This document shows positions 51,509 to 62,011 of a stretch of 64,000 nucleotides of DNA, one piece after another. Under the pieces are notes generated by a model that was not told the DNA's origin, did no database searches, and saw nothing but the letters and a program-made list of their open reading frames with translations. Location of the stretch: assembly GCA_963734545.1 (NCBI GenBank), contig CAVTHO010000006.1, positions 32,001 to 96,000 on the forward strand. Reading direction: 5' to 3'. Every line of letters starts with the position of its first letter. The first letter of the stretch is position 1. A program made the position numbers and the translations under genes. Source of the stretch: an uncultured Spirochaetota bacterium (GTDB lineage: Bacteria > Spirochaetota > Spirochaetia > SZUA-6 > Fen-1364).

Positions 51509-51654
51509 GCGATGCGAATCCGCGGACTACCGCGATGCGAATCCGCGGACTACCGCGATGCGAATCCGCGGACTACCGCGATGCGAATCCGCGGACTACC
51601 GCGATGCGAATCCGCGGACTACCGCGATGCGAATCCGCGGACTACCGCGATGCG
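51509..51654. repeat. Perfect tandem repeat, 23-bp unit x6 plus 8 bp
   Basis: GCGATGCGAATCCGCGGACTACC at 51509, 51532, 51555, 51578, 51601 and 51624. Confidence 0.97.
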
Positions 51655-51936
51655 CTATTTTCTGTCGATTTCTTTCCTGTGCGTGTCACACAGCCTGTAG
51701 AGGGCGCCGGTGAGCGGGTTCTTCCGGGTGACCTTTGCCCCACAGCGGACGCAGAGACCTTCGTCCCGTCTCTTCCTGTACAAGAGCGCCGATCTTTCCG
51801 TGCCCGAAGATTTGTAGCGACTGACCTGCACCCTGTAGCCCTTGTACAGCCAGGTTCCGATCGCCTTCTCGTTGCCGGTCTTCAGGTCCGAAAAAACGCG
51901 TTTCAGCGCCTCTGGCGCGATTTTCCTCGGTTCCAT
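51655..51936 (-). CDS. Small basic zinc-finger-like protein
   Basis: RBS GGGAGG; CVRCG..LCDTH. Confidence 0.75.
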   Translation of the reverse strand: MEPRKIAPEALKRVFSDLKTGNEKAIGTWLYKGYRVQVSRYKSSGTERSALLYRKRRDEGLCVRCGAKVTRKNPLTGALYRLCDTHRKEIDRK

Positions 51937-52040
51937 GGTGTGCCCTCCCTGTGACTTTTGTGTATGAAAAAATAATAGTCCCGGTCCCGGGAGAAAGCAA
52001 GCAAATGCGGTGTGCGGCGGCGGGCGCCTGACAGCGGTCA

Positions 52041-52086
52041 GAATCCGCGGGGTACCGCGGCGCGAATCCGCGGGGTACCGCGGCGC
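52041..52086. repeat. Two 23-bp REP-like units
   Basis: GAATCCGCGGGGTACCGCGGCGC x2 just beyond the stop of the ComFB gene. Confidence 0.9.
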
Positions 52087-52087
52087 C

Positions 52088-52804
52088 CTATGCGGGCTCC
52101 AGGGTCAGGGTTCCGATGTCGAGGAGTTTGTCGCCGCGGATGTAGTCGTGGACGAAAAACTCTCCCGGAACCTTCATGGTCTTCTTGAACGTATAGGGCC
52201 GGTAACGGCCGTGCGCGAATCCGATGCGCATCTCCGCGCGGAAGCTGTCCGATTCTCCCATTTCGACCTGCGGCCAGAAGCTGAAGTAGCCCCGTGTCTG
52301 CTCGTTGGTCATGTAGGGATTGCGCCAGCCCGGCTCCGCGGGAACCGATACCTTGTCATTGACCCACAGAGTGGCCTCGGCGGCTATGACGGGCTTGCCG
52401 TCACCGGCATCCACCACCCGCCCGAAGATGTGCGGCATGTTGTAGTAATACGTCAGACGGGGCGTGCCATCTTCCGGGGACAGGGACGGCGCCGCGCGGC
52501 CCGCCCGTATCGGCGCGATGTCATGGCGTCTCTTTGCCACCACCTCTACCGCCCGGTTGACCAGGGTGATCAACTCGATGACGTTGATAAGCTTTTCCCC
52601 GTCATCGCCGTTGCCGTTGCCCGGCTGCACTACCTCACGGGTGAATCCGCGCTCGCTCGTGATGTACTTCGGCGGGATTCTGTTCAGCGCATAGGCGGCG
52701 ACATCGAGGATGAATGACCGTGTGAGGTGAATATCCTTCCTGTCTTTAAGGACGATCTTCACCGTGTCGAGGACAAGGTCCTCATTGTAGTTCTTCAGGC
52801 GCAT
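52088..52804 (-). CDS. ComFB-family protein with C-terminal beta-sandwich domain
   Basis: KNYNEDLV..DVAAYALNRIPPKY. Confidence 0.82.
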   Translation of the reverse strand: MRLKNYNEDLVLDTVKIVLKDRKDIHLTRSFILDVAAYALNRIPPKYITSERGFTREVVQPGNGNGDDGEKLINVIELITLVNRAVEVVAKRRHDIAPIRAGRAAPSLSPEDGTPRLTYYYNMPHIFGRVVDAGDGKPVIAAEATLWVNDKVSVPAEPGWRNPYMTNEQTRGYFSFWPQVEMGESDSFRAEMRIGFAHGRYRPYTFKKTMKVPGEFFVHDYIRGDKLLDIGTLTLEPA

Positions 52805-52944
52805 TGCGATCCCTTGTGTCCTTCCACGTACATTGTATCACGTTCCCCAATCGTGTACAGATCTTTTTGCAGATTCTGGATCTTTGCGTCCAGGGCCCTC
52901 CGTGTTGCCCGCCGGCCGTTCCCCGGCGTATACTTCGCCACACA

Positions 52945-53616
52945 ATGGAAGCGCGCGCACCTTCCCGAATTCGTGCCCTGATCTACGACTTCGACGATAC
53001 CATCGTGGAGAGTGAGCGAATCAATGACCGGCTCTTCTCCGAATTCCTGCGCAGCGAGCACGGCATAGATCTCAGCCGGGAGGAGCTGGACTACTTGTAC
53101 GGCTTTTCCTGGAGCGGGGTATTTGCGTGGCTGAGGGAGCATCGGGGGCTGCGTCCTGCCCGGGAGGAAGTCTGGCATCGATTTCTCGAAATCAAGCGGG
53201 AGTTCCTCCGCGGTACGAATCTGCGGGTGGCCACCGGGTTCCCCCAGATGCTCGCGCTCCCCGTTCCCCAGGCCATCGTGAGCGGGGCCACCCGTGAAGA
53301 GGTCCGGATGATGATGGACAATATTCACTTGCCCGCGGACTCGGTGAGCTTCATTCTCTGCGACGAGGACACCGACGCGGGAAAACCGGACCCGGAAGGC
53401 TTCCTTCGCGCCGTTGCCCGTCTCGGGGTCCCGGCGGCCGAGGCCCTGGCATTCGAAGACTCGCCCGCGGGCATCGAGGCGGCGCAGCGCGCCGGCATCG
53501 CGGTCGCATTCGTCGCGGAACTGGCCTCCCGCGACAACGCGAAGCTTGCGGACATGCGCTTCGGGAGCTTCCTGGACGCCTGGCAATGGGTGCACGCAAG
53601 GATCGGGGAGGCGTAG
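52945..53616 (+). CDS. HAD-family phosphatase
   Basis: DFDDT, GKPDP, FEDS. Confidence 0.9.
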   Translation: MEARAPSRIRALIYDFDDTIVESERINDRLFSEFLRSEHGIDLSREELDYLYGFSWSGVFAWLREHRGLRPAREEVWHRFLEIKREFLRGTNLRVATGFPQMLALPVPQAIVSGATREEVRMMMDNIHLPADSVSFILCDEDTDAGKPDPEGFLRAVARLGVPAAEALAFEDSPAGIEAAQRAGIAVAFVAELASRDNAKLADMRFGSFLDAWQWVHARIGEA

Positions 53617-53620
53617 CGGC

Positions 53621-55150
53621 GTGAACCAGGGGGAGAAGCTTCCCGACAGGTACGAAATCCTTCGCGAGCTCGGCCGCGGAGGGGCAGGGGTCACCTACCT
53701 GGCGCGAGACACTCTCCTGGGGCGTGAAGTCGTGGTAAAGCTCCTTCATTTCGGGCTCCTGGAGGACTGGAAGGCGGTCGAGCTCTTCGAGAGAGAAGCC
53801 TCGGTTTTCAAGGGGCTGCATCACGAACGGATCCCCGCCTACGTGGATTTCTTCTCGACCGACGAGGAGGGAGTGCCCCGGTTCGTCCTTGTGCGCGAGT
53901 ACGTGGAGGGCGTGAGCCTCCAGGGACGGGTGGACGGCGGGTGGCGCGGGACAGAGGCGGAGATCTGCGACCTCGGCGTCCGGCTCGTGAGGATCATCGC
54001 CCATATCCATTCGGTCCGTCCGCCGGTCATCCACCGCGACATCAATCCCCGCAACATCATCGTGCGCGAAGACTCCGAGGTATTCCTCGTGGACTTCGGC
54101 GGCGTGCAGGACGCCATCCGGTTGTCCGCTGGAGCGACCTCGACTATGGTCGGCACTCCCGGCTATACCCCCATGGAGCAGTTCGTCGGCCGCGCCAGTG
54201 TCCGGTCAGACCTGTATGCCGCGGCCGCCACGCTGCTCTTTGTCCTCACGCACAGAAATCCCGCCGATCTCCCCCTCAAGGACATGAAGGTCGACTTTTC
54301 CTCGGTCATCCAGATCTCCTCCCCCGGACTCTCACGTGTGCTTTCCAACTGGCTCGAGCCCGACGAGAACAAGCGCTCTCTCAGCGAGCAGGATGCGATG
54401 GCGCTGCTGGAAGGAACGGGGTATCGCGCCGCCGTACCCGGCGGATTTGGGGGCGCCGCCGTACCCGGCGGATTCGGGAGCGCCGCCGCTACCCAGGAGG
54501 GGCCCGGGGCCCGGCCGCCGGGAAGCGTCCCCGATCGACCGCCGTACGGATCCCGGATATCCAGGGAGGTCATTGACGGAGTTGTCACGTTCCTCATGCC
54601 GGCGGGGGGAAGAGGGCGAGGGACGCCCATGTTCGGTTCTCTCTGGTTCTTCGTGCTGATGTTCGGGGGATTCTGGACCTCCTCGCGGGTCACTCTGGGA
54701 CGCCCGCTCATCGTCACCCTCATGTCGCTGCCGCTCCTGGCCGTGGGACTCAGCATGCTCTTCTGGACGTTCAACAAGGTGTTCGGCAGGCTGCGGATCG
54801 AAATCGGCAAGGAGGCAGTGACGTACACGCGCCGGCTGTTCTTCTTCTCCGTGCGGAGAAGCGTTCCGCTCTCGGACGTGGGTGAATGCAGGCTCGAGGA
54901 AGGCCGGCTCGGCGCCGACGTACGCGGCGGATTCGGCGGCGCCCGCGCCCGCAGCGACTGGGGCCGCGGATACGGCTTCGGGCCCCGTGCGCGCTTCCAC
55001 GATCGTGACATGATGGGATCGTCACGCAGGCTGAGTCTCGATGTCGGCGTCCGCACGCTGCGTTTTGGAGAGAGCCTTTCCTCCCGTGAACGCGAGTGGG
55101 TGCGCGAATCGATCAATGAGGCGCTGGGTAACGCGCGGAGACCGGTCTGA
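53621..55150 (+). CDS. Membrane Hanks-type Ser/Thr kinase
   Basis: GRGGAG, VVK, HRDINPRN, DFG, GTPGY; two C-terminal TMs. Confidence 0.92.
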   Translation: MNQGEKLPDRYEILRELGRGGAGVTYLARDTLLGREVVVKLLHFGLLEDWKAVELFEREASVFKGLHHERIPAYVDFFSTDEEGVPRFVLVREYVEGVSLQGRVDGGWRGTEAEICDLGVRLVRIIAHIHSVRPPVIHRDINPRNIIVREDSEVFLVDFGGVQDAIRLSAGATSTMVGTPGYTPMEQFVGRASVRSDLYAAAATLLFVLTHRNPADLPLKDMKVDFSSVIQISSPGLSRVLSNWLEPDENKRSLSEQDAMALLEGTGYRAAVPGGFGGAAVPGGFGSAAATQEGPGARPPGSVPDRPPYGSRISREVIDGVVTFLMPAGGRGRGTPMFGSLWFFVLMFGGFWTSSRVTLGRPLIVTLMSLPLLAVGLSMLFWTFNKVFGRLRIEIGKEAVTYTRRLFFFSVRRSVPLSDVGECRLEEGRLGADVRGGFGGARARSDWGRGYGFGPRARFHDRDMMGSSRRLSLDVGVRTLRFGESLSSREREWVRESINEALGNARRPV

Positions 55151-55349
55151 CGGGCGCGCGCGGAGTGCTCTGCGCCGGCGGGCGCGGGCGGAACGCGGGG
55201 CTCGAGAGGACGCTTCACGCATGCGCCGGTGTTCTATATGTATTGTATGAGATCACGGGCGCCGTCCAGCTCCGCGGGATACCGCGGAAGGGCTGTGCCT
55301 TGACAGGCCGAAATACACCCGCAATCATGCAGGAAACAAAGGAGAAGAG

Positions 55350-55880
55350 ATGAAAATGGTGTCACTCGTCGACGGCATCTTCTGGGGAGTGCTGCTCATC
55401 GTCGTGGGAGTGTGGTTCCTCGTGCGCCGGTACGTCCCATTCCACATACCTCTCATCCGCGTCATCATCGCGGTGATCTTCGTGTACATCGGAATTCGAG
55501 TTCTCGTCCGAGGCCCCGTCATCCAGGACAGGAACACAATGGTGTTCTCCGAGTCCTCCCTCCAGTGGTCACCGGCGCATGGCCGCGACTACAACGTGAT
55601 CTTCAGCAGCGGGACGGTCGACCTTTCCGGGGTCGCCCTTGCCGGGGAGACGATCCGCACGCAGGTGAACGTCATATTCGGAAGCGGGACCCTCCGCTTG
55701 AACCCGGCGATGCCGGTCAGGGTGAACATGTCTTCCGCGTTCGGCACGGTCGAGGCGCCCGGAGGCCGCTCGATCGCCTTCGGAGATTCCGTGTACACGA
55801 CCCCCTCGTACAAGGACGGCGCCCCTGCCCTGGAAGTCCATGCAACGGCGGTATTCGGGAGGCTGATGATCCTGCCCTGA
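55350..55880 (+). CDS. LiaF/DUF2154-like membrane protein
   Basis: FWGVLLIVVG..NVIF.SG..AVFG. Confidence 0.72.
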   Translation: MKMVSLVDGIFWGVLLIVVGVWFLVRRYVPFHIPLIRVIIAVIFVYIGIRVLVRGPVIQDRNTMVFSESSLQWSPAHGRDYNVIFSSGTVDLSGVALAGETIRTQVNVIFGSGTLRLNPAMPVRVNMSSAFGTVEAPGGRSIAFGDSVYTTPSYKDGAPALEVHATAVFGRLMILP

Positions 55881-55975
55881 CGGACGGGTCGCGCGTGCAC
55901 GCGCCCCGTCCTCCGCACCCGACGCGCCCCTGTGCGACTGCCCGCTGAATGGGTACATTCCCTTCGGAGGCTCAG

Positions 55976-56503
55976 ATGAACGAAACCACCCCTGGCCGGC
56001 AGGAGCGGGCGACATTCGGCGGCGGGTGCTTCTGGTGCACGGAGGCGGTGCTCCAGCGGATCGACGGCGTGCTGTCCGTGCGTTCGGGGTATGCGGGAGG
56101 AACGAAATCAGATCCCACCTATGAAGAGGTGTGCACGGGGGAAACCGGCCACGCGGAGGTGATCCAGGTGGCATATGATCCCGGCAAGATCACCTTTGAC
56201 GAGATCCTCGACATATTCTGGCAGGCCCACGACCCGACCACGCTCAATCGGCAGGGGGCGGACACCGGCACGCAGTACCGTTCCATCATTCTCTATGCGG
56301 ACGAGGGGCAGAAGGCGGCGGCGGAGAAGTCGAAGAAACGCGCGCAATCGAAGTATCGCGATCCCATCGTCACCGAGATCAAGCCGCTCGAGAAATTCTG
56401 GGACGCTGAGGGCTACCATCAGAACTACTACAATGGCCACAAGTTCGAAGGGTACTGCAGGATGGTCATCTCTCCGAAGCTGAAAAAGCTGCACCTGGAC
56501 TGA
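55976..56503 (+). CDS. msrA: Peptide methionine sulfoxide reductase A
   Basis: GGGCFWC, GHAE, QYRS, AE.YHQNYY. Confidence 0.96.
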   Translation: MNETTPGRQERATFGGGCFWCTEAVLQRIDGVLSVRSGYAGGTKSDPTYEEVCTGETGHAEVIQVAYDPGKITFDEILDIFWQAHDPTTLNRQGADTGTQYRSIILYADEGQKAAAEKSKKRAQSKYRDPIVTEIKPLEKFWDAEGYHQNYYNGHKFEGYCRMVISPKLKKLHLD

Positions 56504-56562
56504 GCCGTCCCCACCCCGGCAGGCATTGTGGAACCGGAGGGTTTCTGGTAGCGTGGGCCACC

Positions 56563-57486
56563 ATGAACCCCCACGCCACGATGCGCGCGTCACCCCGCAC
56601 ACTGCCGCTGCTTGCCGTCTGGGGGACGGTTCTCTTCTGGGGTCTTTCGTTCGTGAGCTCGAAGACGATTCTGAACACCGGCGTGCCGCCGATGACCATG
56701 GTGTGCATCCGTTTCGTGATTGCCACCGTTATCCTGAACCTGTTCCTGCGCAAATTCGATCCCGCGGCGCGCCTGCGCGCGAAGGACATTCCCGCGCTCG
56801 CTGCCAGCGGACTCGTCGGAGTGACGATCTACTTCTTTTTCGAGTCACGCGGCATCAAGCTCACCTCCGCTTCTCATGCGTCCCTCATCATCGCCGTCAT
56901 TCCCGTGGTCACCGTGCTGGCCGAGGCTCTCTTTTTCCGCACACGCATCTCGTGGCTCTCTGCCGCAGGAGTCGCGCTCTCCGTGGTGGGTGTCGTGTTC
57001 GTCGTGCAGCGGCCCGGGACGGGCGCCGGGGCCGCTGTCTCTCTGGCAGGGGACTTGTTCATGTTCGGCGCCTGCGTGTCGTGGGTCGTCTACATCATCC
57101 TCAGCAAGAACCTGCACAAGCGGCTCTCCGAGATCGCCATTACCGCCTATCAGTCGTTGTTCGGGACCCTCTTCCTGGTCCCCCTCGCTCTCCTGGAGAT
57201 GCGGCAGTGGGTGCCCCTCACTCTCTCCGCAGGGCTCAACCTCGCCTATCTTGCCGTGTTCTGCTCGGCGCTCTCGAACTTCCTCTATGTATACGCGCTG
57301 TCGCGGCTCGGGCCGATCGCCGTCAGTCCGTTTGTCAATCTCATTCCCGTCGTGGGAGTCCTGGGCGGCGTGGTCCTCCTGGGGGAGGCAATCGGGTGGA
57401 GCCAGGTCCTCGGCGGGGTCGTCATCCTGGCAGGCGTTCTGATGGTAAGCCGGCAGCAACCGGCCGGACCGCCGATCGAAGGCTGA
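56563..57486 (+). CDS. DMT/EamA transporter
   Basis: Ten-TM pattern; FWGLSF, NLIPV. Confidence 0.9.
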   Translation: MNPHATMRASPRTLPLLAVWGTVLFWGLSFVSSKTILNTGVPPMTMVCIRFVIATVILNLFLRKFDPAARLRAKDIPALAASGLVGVTIYFFFESRGIKLTSASHASLIIAVIPVVTVLAEALFFRTRISWLSAAGVALSVVGVVFVVQRPGTGAGAAVSLAGDLFMFGACVSWVVYIILSKNLHKRLSEIAITAYQSLFGTLFLVPLALLEMRQWVPLTLSAGLNLAYLAVFCSALSNFLYVYALSRLGPIAVSPFVNLIPVVGVLGGVVLLGEAIGWSQVLGGVVILAGVLMVSRQQPAGPPIEG

Positions 57487-58321
57487 GCAGCGAGCGCGCG
57501 GTCACGGCGACCAGGATGATGGCGCCTCCGGCAAGCGCGCGTGGTCCCGGCCGCTCGCCGATGACCAGGAAGACCCACAGGGGATTGAAGATCGGTTCGA
57601 TCACCGCGGTGAGAAGGGACTGCAGCGCGGTCACATGCTTCATGCCGTACGAGAGCAGGATCGAGGAGATCCCGATCTGGAAAATCCCGAGGAAGGCGAG
57701 ACCTCCCCAGCCGGCGAGACTCGGCCAGCTCGTCCACAGGAACGGGATGGACACGACGAAGGTGACGGCATGGCTGAGCAGGATCGACTCCAGGGACGAT
57801 CCGTCCTTCTGCGCGCGGAACGCGACGATGGCGCCGGCAAAAAACACCCCGCTCGCGATGGCCAGAAGGTTGCCCTGCATGCCGCCGAGAGAGAGCTTGT
57901 CCATGAAAAAAAGGACCATGCCCCCGACCACCACTGCAATCGTCACCCAGTCGAGGAACGAGGCTTTTTCCTTCAGGAATATCCACCCGAACACCGCGGC
58001 ATAGAGAGGCGCCGTGTACTGCAGAAGGATCGCGTTGGCAGCGGTGGTGAGCTTGTTTGCCGAGACAAATCCGATCATGCACCCCGCGTAGCACAAGGCT
58101 CCGGCGATCTGGGCGAATGACCACGTGAATCGCGGGCGGCGGATGTACACCAGGATGACGATTCCGCCGACAAGGCTGCGCACCCCGGCCAGGGCAAAGG
58201 GGTTCCACGAAACGATCTTGATGAACAGCCCGCCCGTGCTCCACAGCAAAGCGCAGAGGGCCACCGCGACGATGGCGCCGCCCCGGGTGCGCGCGGTCTC
58301 CGCCACAGGCGCTCCCCCCAT
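57422..58321 (-). CDS. DMT/EamA transporter
   Basis: LWSTGGLFIK, ANAILLQYTAP, IEPIFNPLWV. Confidence 0.9.
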   Translation of the reverse strand: MGGAPVAETARTRGGAIVAVALCALLWSTGGLFIKIVSWNPFALAGVRSLVGGIVILVYIRRPRFTWSFAQIAGALCYAGCMIGFVSANKLTTAANAILLQYTAPLYAAVFGWIFLKEKASFLDWVTIAVVVGGMVLFFMDKLSLGGMQGNLLAIASGVFFAGAIVAFRAQKDGSSLESILLSHAVTFVVSIPFLWTSWPSLAGWGGLAFLGIFQIGISSILLSYGMKHVTALQSLLTAVIEPIFNPLWVFLVIGERPGPRALAGGAIILVAVTARSLLSLRSAVRPVAAGLPSERLPG

Positions 58322-58371
58322 GACGCGGTCGGGAGCCGTGTCCCCGCGTCCCCGCGTCCGGGGCAGCCCCT

Positions 58372-58901
58372 CTATTTCCACCCGTTTCTTTCCCGCAGGC
58401 CGGCGATGTGCGCGATGTGGTGACGGCAGTGCCACGCATAATTCTGGAGCGTGCGGTCCAGCGACTGGAGACCGGACTCGGGGTGCCGGAAGGTGCGCGC
58501 AAAGTCTCCCGGCGTCAGGGAGGAGAGCAGCGCCGTCCATCGCCCGTGAAGCCCCTCCAGGAGAGCGAGGGAAAGTGCGATGTCGGCGGCCGCGGCATCC
58601 GCGGTCGCCGCCCACGCATCCTGGTCGTAGGGCTTGATCAGCGGATTGTCTTCCGTGAGGGCAAGCTTGAAACGCGCGAAGGAGTTCATGTGGCTGTCGG
58701 CCAGGTGATGCACCACCTGGCGTACGGTCCAGCCGCCGTCCCGGTAGGGGGTGTCCAGCTGCGCGGGGGAGAGCCCGTCCACTGCACGCCGCGCCTTGTG
58801 GGGGAGCTGCGGCGATCTCCCGGATGCAAGTCGCTCCTCTTTTCAGGCGTCACGTCCTTGTCGAAATGGAACCGTCCGATCGGATATTGAAGGTTTTCCA
58901 T
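58372..58901 (-). CDS. YfiT-like bacillithiol transferase (apparent frameshift)
   Basis: MENLQYPIG and LDTPYRDGGWTVRQVVHH..WHCRHH lie in different frames. Confidence 0.85.
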
Positions 58902-59002
58902 GCCGTGAATGTATCTGATTGCGCGCGGTTCGAAAAGCGCGGTTCGGAAACTCAAATGCCGGCATCGTTGACACCGCCCCGGCAGGGCGTATATACAGAA
59001 AC

Positions 59003-60248
59003 ATGATCCGGATCAACGAGAACTATCGAAAAGCTCTCCTCCTCGTACCTGTTCAGCGAGGTGGGGCGGCGCGTGGCGGCTTTCCAGAAGGCGCATCCCG
59101 AGACCCCGGTGATCCGGCTCGGCATCGGGGACGTGACCCTTCCCCTCACCCCGGCCGTGCTCGCCGCGTTTCCACAAGGCCGTGGACGAGATGGGCAGCG
59201 AATCCACCTTCCACGGCTACGGCCCGGACCTCGGCTACGATTTCCTGCGCGCGCCGATAGCGGAGATCGACTACCGGGCGCGCGGGGCGGACATCAGCCC
59301 CGAGGAGATCGTCATCAGCGACGGCTCCAAGTGCGATACGGCCAACATCCAGGAGCTTTTCGCGCACGACCTTCACATCGCCATCCCGGATCCGGTCTAT
59401 CCCGTGTATGTCGATACGAACGTCATGGCGGGACGCACCGGTGCCGTTCCGGGACGGGCGATACGGCGCGCTGATCTATCTGGACTGCACGGAGGACAAC
59501 GGGTTTGTTCCCGATCCGCCGAAGTCACGGGTGGACCTCGTGTACCTCTGCTTCCCCAACAACCCCACGGGGGCAACGATCACCCGCGCGCAGCTCGAGG
59601 CCTGGGTGGAATACGCGCGGAAGAGCAAGGCGCTGATCCTGTACGATGCGGCGTACGTGTCGTTCATCCGCGATGAGACGCTTCCCCGATCGATCTACGA
59701 GATCCCCGGGGCGCGCGAGTGCGCAATCGAGTTCAGGAGCTTTTCCAAGACCGCGGGATTCACCGGCACGCGCTGCGCGTACACGGTGGTGCCCAGGACG
59801 TGCATGGCCTGGGATTCGTCGGGCACCGCGCATTCCCTGCATGCTCTCTGGAGCCGGCGGCAGGCCACGAAGTTCAACGGCGTTTCCTACCCCGTGCAGC
59901 GGGCTGCCGCGGCCGTCTACACGCCCGACGGGACAGAAGGAGACCCGCGGCCTCTCCGACTACTACCTGGGCAACGCGAAGATCATCCGGGAGAAGCTTG
60001 CCGGCATGGGGTTCGCCTGCACCGGCGGGGAAAACTCCCCGTATATCTGGGCGAAAGTCGGCACGGATTCGTGGAAGTTCTTCGACGTTCTCCTGGAAAA
60101 GGCGGGCGTGGTGGTCACGCCGGGCAGCGGGTTCGGCCAGTGCGGCGACGGCTATGTCCGCATCAGCGCGTTCAACAAGAAGGACAAGGTGGAGCAAGCC
60201 ATGCGGCAGATGGCTGCCGTGGCGGGCGAGCTGAAAAACCTGGCATAG
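59003..60248 (+). CDS. dapL: LL-diaminopimelate aminotransferase (several apparent frameshifts)
   Basis: [46 protein letters not shown] spread over several frames. Confidence 0.9.
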
Positions 60249-60254
60249 CGCCTC

Positions 60255-60977
60255 CTACAGCATGTGTCTCATCTTCTGCTTTTTCACGTCCAGGTAGCCC
60301 CGGTCATGATGGTTGGCGGGGATAACGATGGGGATCCTGTCCACCACGTTGATTCCCTCCGCGGTCAATTGCTCGATCTTGTCGGGATTGTTGGTGAGAA
60401 GCGCCACGGAGCGGATCTTCAGCAGCTTGATCATCTTGGCCGCCACCTTGTAGTCCCGCGCGTCCACCGGCAGGTCCAGGTACTGATTGGCCTCCACGGT
60501 GTCCAGCCCGAGCTCCTGCAGCTCGTACGCCCTGATCTTGTTGAGAAGCCCGATGCCCCGCCCTTCCTGCTTGAGGTAGATCACCACCCCGCACTCCTGG
60601 GCGGACACGTAGCGCATGGCTGCTTCGAGCTGGTCACGGCAATCGCAGCGCAGCGATCCCCAGACGTCGCCCGTGTGGCATTCCGAGTGCACCCGCAGAG
60701 GAACGCTGTCGCAGTCCTCCACGTTCCCCTTGACCATGGCCGTGTGCTCCTTGCCTTCCCGGTTGTCGTAGAATCCATACAGGGTGAATGTCCCGAACCG
60801 GGTGGGAAGGCTGGCCTTTGCCGCGAGCTGCACGCAGAGCGCGTTGTCGATGCAGTATTCTCCCACGCCCTTGCAATAGCATTCCTCGAGGACAAAGTTC
60901 GGCTTTCCGGTCATTTTTGCTGTGAGCTCTTCTTTTGAAATGGTACGTTTGGAACTCGTGTCTATGGCTCCGGCCAT
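60255..60977 (-). CDS. ribA: GTP cyclohydrolase II
   Basis: [27 protein letters not shown]. Confidence 0.95.
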   Translation of the reverse strand: MAGAIDTSSKRTISKEELTAKMTGKPNFVLEECYCKGVGEYCIDNALCVQLAAKASLPTRFGTFTLYGFYDNREGKEHTAMVKGNVEDCDSVPLRVHSECHTGDVWGSLRCDCRDQLEAAMRYVSAQECGVVIYLKQEGRGIGLLNKIRAYELQELGLDTVEANQYLDLPVDARDYKVAAKMIKLLKIRSVALLTNNPDKIEQLTAEGINVVDRIPIVIPANHHDRGYLDVKKQKMRHML

Positions 60978-61100
60978 TTTGCAATTCCTTTCCGGCAGAC
61001 TTCGGCCCGATTCTAAGTTAGTGCTCCACGGGTGCTCCGTCAAATTCGCGAGAAGATTCGCGGTTGACGCTTCCCTGCTTCTTTCATAGACTCCGACGCC

Positions 61101-61575
61101 ATGATACCGGAAAAGGTGAGCAGGATTCTCGAAGCGAATGGCCTGGCCGCCATCGAGTTCGCGCCGGGGAGCACCGCCACCTCCGTGCTCGCCGCGCAGC
61201 AACTGGGTGTCGCGGTGGGGCAGATCGCCAAGTCCCTGTTGTTCAACGGCAAGGACGGGAAGTTCTTCATGGTGGTGTGTCCCGGGGACCGCAGGCTCTC
61301 CACTGCGAAGGTGAAAGCGGTCACGGGCGTCAAGTCGCGGATGGCGACGGCGGAAGAGGCTCTTGGCGCGACGGGATTCGGTCCCGGCGGCGTCTGCCCG
61401 TTCGGCATCGACGCCGGCATAAGCGATCTTCATCGACAGGAGCCTCTCGGAGTACGCCACGATCTATCCCGCAGCAGGGACCGATTCTTCCGGTGTGCCG
61501 ATGACATTCGACCGCCTGGTGGCGATTACCGGCGGCACGGTGGGAGATTTCCTGGCGGAAAGCGCCGAAGCATAG
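61101..61575 (+). CDS. YbaK/EbsC family protein (apparent frameshift)
   Basis: QIAKSLLF..GGVCPFG, then IYPAAG in another frame. Confidence 0.82.
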
Positions 61576-61589
61576 CAGGAGGGATGCAC

Positions 61590-62009
61590 ATGGACGCAAC
61601 CGTGGTCTGGAAAAAGGGCCTCAGCTTCGACGGCACGGGTCACACGAGCGGCTTCACCCTTCCGCTGGGGGCAGATCCATCCGGGGGCGGTGACAACGAC
61701 GGGTTCCGTCCGACCGAGCTCCTCCTGGTGGGGCTTGCCGGCTGTACGGCAATGGACGTCATCTCCATTCTTTCGAAGAAGCGGCAGAATGTCACCGGTT
61801 TCGAGGTGAAGGCTCACGGCGAGCGCGCGCCGCAGGATCCGAAGCGCTTCACCAGCTTCCTGGTGGAATACGTGGTGAGAGGCGAGGGGATCGATCCCGC
61901 CGCAGTGGAGCGGGCCGTGGAGCTCAGCGAGACCAAGTACTGCTCCGTCATGGCTACCCTGCGTTTCGCAGGTCCCGTCGAGAGGAAAATCACGATTCTC
62001 GGGGCGTAG
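61590..62009 (+). CDS. OsmC family protein
   Basis: RPTELLL..GCTAMDV..KYCSV; own RBS GGAGGG. Confidence 0.9.
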   Translation: MDATVVWKKGLSFDGTGHTSGFTLPLGADPSGGGDNDGFRPTELLLVGLAGCTAMDVISILSKKRQNVTGFEVKAHGERAPQDPKRFTSFLVEYVVRGEGIDPAAVERAVELSETKYCSVMATLRFAGPVERKITILGA

Positions 62010-62011
62010 GC

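Noticed and set aside
51509-51654. CRISPR array
   Set aside because: Units are head-to-tail with no spacers, and no cas genes are in the window.
51367-51954. ORFs with repeated RCESADYRDANPRTTAM peptides
   Set aside because: Translation of the 23-bp tandem repeat; no RBS or domain support.
61101-62009. Novel YbaK-OsmC fusion (302-aa ORF)
   Set aside because: Produced by a frameshift near 61420; YbaK ends at 61575 in another frame and OsmC has its own RBS.
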